Source: a virus
IMG/VR virus record: IMGVR_UViG_3300021963_007714
Span: 1 to 64,000 of that record
DNA length: 64,000 bases
Reading direction: 5' to 3' (one strand)
Part shown: piece by piece, positions 57,158 through 64,000 of the stretch
Layout of the letters: every line of letters begins with the position of its first letter
Position numbering within the stretch: position 1 is the first letter of the stretch
Position numbers and translations under genes: made by a program
Notes under the pieces: generated by a model
Databases searched by the model: none
The model's input: the letters and a program-made list of their open reading frames with translations, nothing else
Told to the model about the DNA's origin: nothing

Positions 57158-60100
57158 ATGCGATTAGAAGACATCAAAGAAGGCAGCAGAGTTGATCATC
57201 AACATCAATTCAAAGAGATGTTTGCTAGATTCCTACCTATTGCTATAGAAATTCTCAATCTAAAATCTCTGCCTGAATTTCACTTTGAAGCATTTTTAGA
57301 TCATCCTCAACAACCTACCTTCGGTATGTATGTCAACGGTGAAAATAAATTGTATGTAGGCCTAAGTGGTCGTCATCCTAATGACATCTTTAGAACCATA
57401 GCACATGAATTAACTCACTACAAACAAGACACTGAACACATGCTGGATGATCGCAGCGGCGAGACTGGTAGTCCTATTGAAAACCAAGCCAATGCCATGG
57501 CTGGTATCATCATGCGTCATTTTAACAAAACCTATCCTGACTATCTTCGCAGTAAACCTGTTATGGAAGATATTGATGTCACTGATGAAAGTCTCAAAGG
57601 TTTGGCTGCTGCTGGACTAATAGGTCTAGGCATGTTAGGTGGTCCCAAAGATGTAGCCAGTGGTAACCTACCACAAGACCTACAAAAGGCACAGCAGCAA
57701 CACCGTGTTCAAATGGCTAAGAAACCTATGGCCAAACCCGCAGCGACAAAACCAGCAGCAGCTAAACCTTTACCAGCTAAAGCGACCCCTTTGTTAAAAG
57801 TAGCCAAGGCTAATGGTATTAAAGGCGTAGAACTAGCACAGTTTTTGGCACAAATGGAACATGAAAGTCTTGACTTTAAGAAGATGAAGGAGTTAGGTAA
57901 ATCGACCTACTTCAACAAATATGATCCAAAACATAACCCTAAATTAGCTAATAAATTAGGAAACAAATTCAAGGGTGACGGACTACAATTTAGAGGTCGT
58001 GGCTTTATACAATTAACAGGCAGAGAAAACTATACACAGGCCAGTCGTGACATATTTGGTGATGATAGGTTAGTTAAGAAACCAGACCTAGCAGCACAGC
58101 CAGATATAGCAGCACGTATAGCAGTATGGTATTGGACTGATCGTGTGAAACCTTTGGTCAAAGACTTTTCAGATACTACTCGTGTTACAAAGATTATCAA
58201 TGGTGGACTAAACGGACTTGAAGATAGAGAAAATAATTTCAGAGACTATATGGCCAGTCTTGGCCTAATGGAAAAATGGTCAATGAAGTATAAAAAGAGT
58301 ATCAATTGCGCCAATCCCAAAGGGTTCAGTCAGCGTGCTCACTGTCAAGGTCGTAAGAAAACAGAAGATGTAGAACAAGATCCAGGAGATCCTATACCTT
58401 TTCCAGCAGGCACTACTTCGGTAGATGTTAGTGATCCCTATGATTGGTATAAACTAGGCATGGTAATAAGTGATCTAGATGATGCCAATCCTCAAGCATT
58501 TGGACGAGGTGGTCCCAGCACTGTGATTGCCTTTGGCAGTGAAGATGAAGAACATAGACTGCTGCCATACCTTAAAAGACTTGGACTTAAACTAAAAGAC
58601 ATTGACAAACCCAGTGACACTAGAAAAATTGTGCCCGCCAAGGCTGTGTTAGACAAATTGGAAGAAGGTTTTAAACTAGACGAACTTAATATTAATCAAA
58701 CGCTGGCCTTTATCAAACAGGCACATGGTGATCAACTCTATGGCAAACTGCCCTATTGGACCCATCCTCGTGCTGTAGCCATGACAGGCAAAAAGATCTT
58801 TGGCAACAAGTTTAATAGTGATGCTGTAAAGGTTGCCTTCTTACATGATGTGGTAGAAGATACTAATATAAGTATAGATGAATTAGGCAAGTTAGACTTT
58901 TCACCACAGGTCATTGAAGCAGTGAGCCTGCTGACAAAGAACAAGACATTGACCTATCGTCAAAATATAGAAAACATTATCAACAGCGGCAACCCTTTGG
59001 CCATGATGGTCAAATATGCTGACAACTATGAAAACTATTCAGGTGATAAGAGCGACTGGGATTCTGCTCGAGCAGCCAGCAGTCAAAAGAAATACTTGAT
59101 GAGCCTTAATATGTTAGGGAGTAAGTTAGGTGTAAAACATCACGAGCAAAATTTAAAAGAACTAGGAACTACACAATATAAAGTAACAGAACCTAGAGAC
59201 ATGGTCAACGTTGATTTTAGATCCAAGCAAATTACCTACAAAGTTTTTAAATTCAAAGTAGATAAGCAGGTATTTCTAATTGTGCTCACTGTAAAAGACC
59301 AGGCAATGCCGGGCTCTAAGAAAAAGGTTCCAACCCTAAATGTAGCGTTTGGTAGGCAAGATAAAAACGGTTGGGACGTTGACGATATTGACACTAACCT
59401 AACTGGTGATAATCAAAATCAATTTCAAATCTATTCCACTGTGATCAAGGCCATACAAAAGTTTATTACTCAATTGAATCCTAATGTAGCACAAATTATA
59501 ATAAAAGGAGACAATGAGAGACAACAGGTAATGTATGATAGATTTTTTAATTCACGCTACTTGGAGAAATTTTTTCCAGGTTGGCAATTAAACCCAACAA
59601 CTAAAACTCTAATAAAAAATCAAAGTCAAAATTTAAAGGAACTTTTGGACCCTAAATTAGCCATAGATCTTGATTGGGCAGAGGGTAGTGATTATATTGC
59701 TGCCAGAGGTTATGTCACAGTGACTGATCAATATGGCAACAAAGAAGATGTAGAATTAGAAGTAGAATTCGGGGAATTTCCACAAAGAAATCGTAAAGAA
59801 TACGAAGTTCAATTTAAAGTAGGCGATAGTTATGATATAACAGGTGGTGGCAACGCTAATGTGATTTTTGCCACGGTTATACAGGCCTGTAAAGATTTCG
59901 TGGAAATGTATAAACCAGATCGATTATTCTTCACAGCAAAAGAGCAGTCTAGAGCAAGAATGTATGATACACTGACTAAACGTGTGGCCAAGCAGGTAGG
60001 ATGGCACGTTATACCATTTGATGAAATACAAAAGGATCCATTGTATAGAAATAACAGTGATAATGGGTTCGTGTTTGTCATAGGGAAAGGTGCTGCACCT

Positions 60101-60547
60101 GAAAAATGGTCCAGTGCTCAACAGCCACAACACGGTAGTTTTATGCCTATTTTCTATGTATATAATGTAGATAAAGATACACCTACTGTGGCAGTTAAGG
60201 TTAGGGCCCCAAATAGGGAGACTGCTGTTCAGCACGCTATGAAAATAGAACCCAGTTTTAAAGATTTGGATTTAATGCAGATACACGCCTTGAACAGCCT
60301 ACCCAAGCGTGAAGTCACTGATGTAATAGATGGTGGCACAGCAGAAGATCCTAGAAAGGTAGGAGAAAACTTTGCTGATGGTAAGAATCCACAGGATAAA
60401 GGTGATAGTGGTAGACACGGCATAAAAAAAGGTATTACAATAGCACAACTAAAAAAGATTAGATCCAGTGACTCAGCCAGTCCAAGAAAAAAGCAGTTGG
60501 CACACTGGCAGATCAATATGAGACAGGGGCGTAGTAAAAAAGGATAA
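57158..60547 (+). CDS. Multi-domain polyprotein: zincin metallopeptidase-like + GH19 muramidase + Mesh1/SpoT-like HD hydrolase + further modules
   Basis: AHELTH (57401); AQFLAQMEHES, GRGFIQLTGRENY, INGGLNGLEDR; AH.DQ...PY.THP..VA...FLHDVVEDT...VKYADN. Confidence 0.85.
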   Translation: MRLEDIKEGSRVDHQHQFKEMFARFLPIAIEILNLKSLPEFHFEAFLDHPQQPTFGMYVNGENKLYVGLSGRHPNDIFRTIAHELTHYKQDTEHMLDDRSGETGSPIENQANAMAGIIMRHFNKTYPDYLRSKPVMEDIDVTDESLKGLAAAGLIGLGMLGGPKDVASGNLPQDLQKAQQQHRVQMAKKPMAKPAATKPAAAKPLPAKATPLLKVAKANGIKGVELAQFLAQMEHESLDFKKMKELGKSTYFNKYDPKHNPKLANKLGNKFKGDGLQFRGRGFIQLTGRENYTQASRDIFGDDRLVKKPDLAAQPDIAARIAVWYWTDRVKPLVKDFSDTTRVTKIINGGLNGLEDRENNFRDYMASLGLMEKWSMKYKKSINCANPKGFSQRAHCQGRKKTEDVEQDPGDPIPFPAGTTSVDVSDPYDWYKLGMVISDLDDANPQAFGRGGPSTVIAFGSEDEEHRLLPYLKRLGLKLKDIDKPSDTRKIVPAKAVLDKLEEGFKLDELNINQTLAFIKQAHGDQLYGKLPYWTHPRAVAMTGKKIFGNKFNSDAVKVAFLHDVVEDTNISIDELGKLDFSPQVIEAVSLLTKNKTLTYRQNIENIINSGNPLAMMVKYADNYENYSGDKSDWDSARAASSQKKYLMSLNMLGSKLGVKHHEQNLKELGTTQYKVTEPRDMVNVDFRSKQITYKVFKFKVDKQVFLIVLTVKDQAMPGSKKKVPTLNVAFGRQDKNGWDVDDIDTNLTGDNQNQFQIYSTVIKAIQKFITQLNPNVAQIIIKGDNERQQVMYDRFFNSRYLEKFFPGWQLNPTTKTLIKNQSQNLKELLDPKLAIDLDWAEGSDYIAARGYVTVTDQYGNKEDVELEVEFGEFPQRNRKEYEVQFKVGDSYDITGGGNANVIFATVIQACKDFVEMYKPDRLFFTAKEQSRARMYDTLTKRVAKQVGWHVIPFDEIQKDPLYRNNSDNGFVFVIGKGAAPEKWSSAQQPQHGSFMPIFYVYNVDKDTPTVAVKVRAPNRETAVQHAMKIEPSFKDLDLMQIHALNSLPKREVTDVIDGGTAEDPRKVGENFADGKNPQDKGDSGRHGIKKGITIAQLKKIRSSDSASPRKKQLAHWQINMRQGRSKKG

Positions 60548-60549
60548 CG

Positions 60550-60762
60550 ATGTTTCTAAATACCATAGCAGTAATTTTTATTACGTATGCCATTTTAATT
60601 TTATTTTCAACCAAAGACGGAATTAGCAAGCAGGTAAGACAAGCCCTGGGCCCAGAAGATTTGGAAAGACTTCAAACTGAGCTCGACTATCGCGAATATT
60701 GGGCTGTTTTATTATTCCTATTTGGTTTATTAATCTTACTACCTAAATTAATAATGTGGTAA
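60550..60762 (+). CDS. Small two-TM membrane protein
   Basis: Two hydrophobic segments; AAGGA upstream. Confidence 0.65.
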   Translation: MFLNTIAVIFITYAILILFSTKDGISKQVRQALGPEDLERLQTELDYREYWAVLLFLFGLLILLPKLIMW

Positions 60763-60784
60763 AAAAAGGGCCTTATGGCCCTTT
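60761..60784. terminator. Probably bidirectional intrinsic terminator
   Basis: A7-GGGCC-ttat-GGCCC-TTT between convergent genes. Confidence 0.75.
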
Positions 60785-60803
60785 AAATCTCTATGAGATA
60801 GGT

Positions 60804-61091
60804 TTATCTTCTGCCGCCTGCAGCATTAACAAATTGATACATTTTTTCAGCAGTCTCTAGAACTTTGTCTAGTCCCGGGAACTCAGGCATACCAACTGAT
60901 GTTACAATCTGACCTGTCTTTTCGTCACGTTTGACAGAGCTTTCCCAACCTTGCCATTTGTAGGTATATTCAGCTTGGACAAGATCTTTTGCCATGGCTA
61001 GGATGTCGGTGCGGATTTCATATCCGTTCTTATTGAACTTTACTTCGGGCATTTTTAATTCTGGTAAAATACGATCTGAATTAGACATCAT
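60804..61091 (-). CDS. Hypothetical protein (start revised from 61166)
   Basis: AAGGAG RBS before ATG 61091; KNGYEIRTDILAMAK...PEFPGLDKVLETAEKMY.FV. Confidence 0.75.
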   Translation of the reverse strand: MMSNSDRILPELKMPEVKFNKNGYEIRTDILAMAKDLVQAEYTYKWQGWESSVKRDEKTGQIVTSVGMPEFPGLDKVLETAEKMYQFVNAAGGRR

Positions 61092-61120
61092 TTTCTCCTT
61101 ATGTGTGTATGTCTTTATTG

Positions 61121-61411
61121 TTAGGATTTTTGTGCTGCACGACTTTGCGCAGACCAGGCATCCCAACCTGCCTTGAACCAGTCAATGCTAAAAGGATTGA
61201 CCAATTTTTCTACTTTGGTATGTAAAATTTCTCTGCCACATGTTGATATAATATTGCTTGTGGCTTCTATAGCAGAGTGCAAAAATTTAGTTTGTGCATC
61301 TATATAGATAATCATGTCTGCTTTGATATCTTGATGACGCACATATTTTTCTACAAATTGTCGCTTGGCATTCTGCATGCTGTCGATAAACAGTAAAGGT
61401 TGATTAAACAT
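61121..61411 (-). CDS. Helical hypothetical protein, possibly phasin-like (start revised from 61462)
   Basis: GGGAG RBS before ATG 61411; amphipathic FIDSMQNAKRQFV...YIDAQTKF. Confidence 0.6.
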   Translation of the reverse strand: MFNQPLLFIDSMQNAKRQFVEKYVRHQDIKADMIIYIDAQTKFLHSAIEATSNIISTCGREILHTKVEKLVNPFSIDWFKAGWDAWSAQSRAAQKS

Positions 61412-61434
61412 TGTTGTCTCCCTGTGTGTATAAT

Positions 61435-61462
61435 AGTATACGGTGTTATTTATATATGTCAA
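61435..61462 (-). promoter_or_regulatory. Sigma70-like promoter with a nested TATAAATA late promoter
   Basis: TTGACA-tatataaataacaccg-TATACT (16-nt spacer). Confidence 0.6.
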
Positions 61463-61592
61463 TAGATCTTGGCTTAAAATTTATTCTAGTAAAATCCCAT
61501 TCCTCACCTAAAACCGGTTTACGTTCTAACATTTCGTCAATAGCCACTACCATTAATAAAAAAGCAAATATCATTATTGAAGTTATAATCAT
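61446..61592 (-). CDS. Small membrane protein (48 aa; not in the ORF track)
   Basis: MIITSIMIFAFLLMVVAIDEMLERKPVLGEEWDFTRINFKPRSIDIYK; ATGA overlap with the upstream ORF. Confidence 0.55.
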   Translation of the reverse strand: MIITSIMIFAFLLMVVAIDEMLERKPVLGEEWDFTRINFKPRSIDIYK

Positions 61593-61702
61593 TTGTTCAT
61601 TAACCTCACAGCACTTTGCCACTTACCACGGCGAGTTAGGTGACTGGCCAATAGTCCAGAGCACCATACATCATAAATCAACTTTAATATTTTCATTGCC
61701 AT
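61589..61702 (-). CDS. Small protein (37 aa; not in the ORF track)
   Basis: AAGGAG RBS; MAMKILKLIYDVWCSGLLASHLTRRGKWQSAVRLMNK. Confidence 0.65.
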   Translation of the reverse strand: MAMKILKLIYDVWCSGLLASHLTRRGKWQSAVRLMNK

Positions 61703-61806
61703 GCTCCTTTATTATGGGTGGTCATATATCTACGGGCACGAGCTCGGCCGCTGGCTTCTAGGACTAGAAATATTTTGTGAAATACTGCTAAGATATAGGT
61801 AATCAT
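61693..61806 (-). CDS. Small protein (37 aa; not in the ORF track)
   Basis: TAAGGA RBS; MITYILAVFHKIFLVLEASGRARARRYMTTHNKGAWQ. Confidence 0.65.
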   Translation of the reverse strand: MITYILAVFHKIFLVLEASGRARARRYMTTHNKGAWQ

Positions 61807-61810
61807 TTTA

Positions 61811-61981
61811 TTATTCCTTATGGGATTTGTATTCATACTCTTTCATATAATTTTCAAGAGTGGCTGCATCTGTAATGCTTTTTGTGCTTAAATATTGATC
61901 CAGTCTGCTCTGGTAAGAATCAGATGGAAACATCTCAGCAAGGCGCTCAAGGATATTGAGCATTATAGTTGATATAGACAT
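61811..61981 (-). CDS. DUF3563-like small protein (56 aa; not in the ORF track)
   Basis: AGGAG RBS; LERLAEMFP..SYQSRLDQYLS...TDAATLENYMKEY resembles DUF3563 from memory. Confidence 0.65.
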   Translation of the reverse strand: MSISTIMLNILERLAEMFPSDSYQSRLDQYLSTKSITDAATLENYMKEYEYKSHKE

Positions 61982-62106
61982 TTGTTATATTTCTCCTATA
62001 TGTATATGTGTATATGATTATATTTAGCGCAGTTTTTGTTGCGATGCCACATTATAAATGTTTTTTTAATCAGTGTCTAGCGATAAATAGTTTTGGAGAA
62101 CTAAAA

Positions 62107-62364
62107 TTGAAAAAAGTTACTAAAAGCTTATTAGAAGAACTTAATAGTATATCTTCAAAGCGTGATAAAGAAGCTATAATAGAAAGTCGTGCTACCCATG
62201 TCATCAATAGTGCCATCAATCTGTTGCAGTTGATAAAAGAAAATTATAATGAAACTGACGCAGGTGAATTAGAAAGAAGATTATTAAACAGCATAAAAGG
62301 GTCGGATCCTAATAAGTTTTCTAGAGGTATTAGAAAGTTGAAAGAAACAAAAGCTAGGCAATGA
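62107..62364 (+). CDS. Hypothetical late protein (TTG start, revised from 62008)
   Basis: TAAATA near 62084 and GGAG precede TTG 62107. Confidence 0.7.
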   Translation: MKKVTKSLLEELNSISSKRDKEAIIESRATHVINSAINLLQLIKENYNETDAGELERRLLNSIKGSDPNKFSRGIRKLKETKARQ

Positions 62365-62438
62365 GTTATTTTTATTACAACTGGAATAAATAAACATATT
62401 AGCATCACGGAATGCTTGCCAATTAAGGAGAAATTAAA

Positions 62439-62846
62439 ATGGCTGAGTTAGTTAAAAAGAATGAATCTGTAGCACTTCCTTTGTTCAAGAATGGTGTTAG
62501 CCTACAGTTTTTCAAAGTTACATTTGCATCAGACGTTAGCGCAAAGCTTGCTGCTACTACTGCTGGTGTTAAGAGCCCAGTAGTACAGGCTTTAGAAGCA
62601 ATTCAAGCTCGTGTAAGCGTTGAAGTTATGGCCCCATTACAAACAGGTGGTACAGTATTACCTATCGCCGTAGCTGCGATTGGTGGTGATTACCCAAGTG
62701 ATAACTATGATGGTACAAGTGGTAACGAAACACTAGCTGCTTATCTACAGACATTAGTTCAGGCTGCTGGTACAACTACAGGTTCTTTACAAAGCGTAGC
62801 AAATACAGCAACAACTGTTCTAGCAGGTTGGCCAGCACTGGCTTAA
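62439..62846 (+). CDS. Probable abundant virion protein (capsid decoration-like)
   Basis: Own TAAATA, strong AAGGAG RBS and own terminator; Ala/Thr/Val-rich. Confidence 0.6.
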   Translation: MAELVKKNESVALPLFKNGVSLQFFKVTFASDVSAKLAATTAGVKSPVVQALEAIQARVSVEVMAPLQTGGTVLPIAVAAIGGDYPSDNYDGTSGNETLAAYLQTLVQAAGTTTGSLQSVANTATTVLAGWPALA

Positions 62847-62865
62847 TTTTGCTCATGAGCAATTC

Positions 62866-62889
62866 AAAAGCGGCTTCGGCCGCTTTTTT
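62866..62889 (+). terminator. Intrinsic terminator with cUUCGg tetraloop
   Basis: AAAAGCGGC-TTCG-GCCGCTTTTTT. Confidence 0.92.
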
Positions 62890-62922
62890 GTGCTATAAAT
62901 ATCGTAAAATAGGTATTTAATT

Positions 62923-63348
62923 ATGCACACAGTAGAAATACAAACTCTAATTGACATAACAGAAACTGGCGTAAATCGTCCTCATAGAGATCGTATGAAG
63001 GAATATGACCAGCAGAGAAATTTTATAACTTTGAAACAATGCCTAGAACTACGTTCTAATATAAGTTATACAATAGATCCTGTTATGGAAATAAAAGATG
63101 TAAAAGGCCTAGAATTTGGATCGAAATACAAGGGAAAACAGGCTATATGGACGTTTAGATTTTCAACTGATAGAAGTAATGTGTACACGGACGATTATGA
63201 TGAATTAGGATTATTAATTAATGATTTACATGGAGTTCCTATTATTCAAAATCTTACCGAATCGATAAATATTGAAAAGCCCATATTCGATTTAAAGAAT
63301 TTGGAATACAAAAATACACTCATTAAGGCACTTAAAGGCATTTTTTAG
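62923..63348 (+). CDS. Hypothetical late protein
   Basis: TATAAATA near 62894; TLIDIT.TG...QQRNF.TL.Q...LR. Confidence 0.7.
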   Translation: MHTVEIQTLIDITETGVNRPHRDRMKEYDQQRNFITLKQCLELRSNISYTIDPVMEIKDVKGLEFGSKYKGKQAIWTFRFSTDRSNVYTDDYDELGLLINDLHGVPIIQNLTESINIEKPIFDLKNLEYKNTLIKALKGIF

Positions 63349-63378
63349 GCATCGCAGTATTATATCTAGGAGAGTTAA

Positions 63379-63615
63379 GTGTCTGGACCAACAGATATTG
63401 AAAAAGAAAATCTTGAGGCACATGTAGAACTTTGTGCTGTCAGATATAAAGAAATAGAAAATAGATTAAGTGCGATTGAGGGCAGTGTTTCTAGCCTCAA
63501 AAAAACTGTAGAAGAAAGCCACATGAATACTATTAAAGTTTTAATAGGAACAGCTGGCACAGTAGTTGCCAGTGTGTTAGGTGTTTTAGTTGTCGTTCTA
63601 CAGAAAATGTCATGA
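63379..63615 (+). CDS. Coiled-coil protein with C-terminal TM
   Basis: AGGAG RBS; LEAHVELCAVRY, heptad region, hydrophobic tail. Confidence 0.7.
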   Translation: MSGPTDIEKENLEAHVELCAVRYKEIENRLSAIEGSVSSLKKTVEESHMNTIKVLIGTAGTVVASVLGVLVVVLQKMS

Positions 63616-63998
63616 AAATACAAGAGCTATTAGGCGAACAAACCATAGGAACTTCAGGCTCTACTACAGGACCGGTAGGAACTGTATCACAGGTTAGTCA
63701 AAAACCCAGTGATAAACCTATGACCGCTACTAGCACACAACAAGACTCAACTACAAAAAATCTAGACAATCTATTAAAACAAAATCAAATCAATGTGAAA
63801 AATACAGATGATTTTTTAAGAGCTTTTGACGCCATACAACAAAAGCAACCTATCAATAATCTTCCACCTGAGCAACAAAAGGCCATAGGTGACTATACCA
63901 AAGCTACTATTAATCGTCCTGGTTTACCTACACAAATGGCTTCTATAATGAAGTCTATAAAAACTGCTAATACAAACAACACAGCTAAACCTGCTTGA
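63612..63998 (+). CDS. Hypothetical protein
   Basis: ATGA overlap; MKIQELLGE start. Confidence 0.65.
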   Translation: MKIQELLGEQTIGTSGSTTGPVGTVSQVSQKPSDKPMTATSTQQDSTTKNLDNLLKQNQINVKNTDDFLRAFDAIQQKQPINNLPPEQQKAIGDYTKATINRPGLPTQMASIMKSIKTANTNNTAKPA

Positions 63999-64000
63999 TA

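Noticed and set aside
61411-61761. 116-aa plus-strand ORF from the track
   Set aside because: Antisense to three coupled minus-strand ORFs that have good RBSs or start/stop overlaps.
1-64000. Bacterial chromosome (because of iscU, iscA, erpA, infA, ligase)
   Set aside because: These genes lack their normal operon context (no iscR/iscS/hscAB) and sit among tail-fibre, collagen and TAAATA-driven genes typical of a large phage.
1-64000. Stop-codon reassignment
   Set aside because: Code 11 gives dense, intact ORFs including a 16 kb one, and TAA, TAG (23466, 31028) and TGA all end recognisable genes.
1-64000. tRNA or rRNA genes
   Set aside because: Intergenic gaps are short and I saw no cloverleaf or T-loop signature; tRNAscan-SE would be needed to exclude them formally.

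Overview
This window looks like part of a large lytic dsDNA tailed phage (jumbo, T4-like in regulation) rather than a cellular chromosome. Genes are densely packed, a T4-late-like TAAATA promoter recurs, and there are many Ser/Thr-rich virion proteins plus host-like auxiliary genes. The ErpA, IscU and DUF3563-like sequences suggest a proteobacterial, probably Burkholderiales, host (inference). From left to right: (1) an 11-bp tandem array at the window edge; (2) a ~19 kb modification-enzyme region (0.3-19 kb) with GT7-, GT9- and GT-A-type glycosyltransferases, 2OG-Fe(II) oxygenases, three radical SAM enzymes plus a B12-dependent one, methyltransferases and an SGNH-like protein, interleaved with virion genes; (3) SleB-type cell wall hydrolase, Fe-S assembly genes erpA/iscU/iscA, ATP-dependent DNA ligase, IF-1 and an HNH nuclease; (4) a ~33 kb tail/fibre block with LamG, collagen-like and beta-repeat proteins and a 5392-aa protein of ~30 diverged repeats; (5) a 1129-aa multi-enzyme polyprotein; (6) short unannotated ORFs and more late genes. 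The best candidates for an undescribed system are two. (a) The 57.2-60.5 kb polyprotein joins a zincin, a GH19 muramidase, a Mesh1/SpoT-like HD hydrolase and other modules by recurring hydrophobic-x-Glu linkers that resemble T4 prohead-protease sites, suggesting a capsid-packaged, protease-released effector cassette. (b) A late-expressed virion-decoration pathway appears to carry its own Fe-S supply, and a pervasive [S/T/N]-T-[A/S/G]-[T/S] motif in the structural proteins may be its substrate. Many late genes also appear to be leaderless. All family calls come from motif recognition by eye; no database searches were run.
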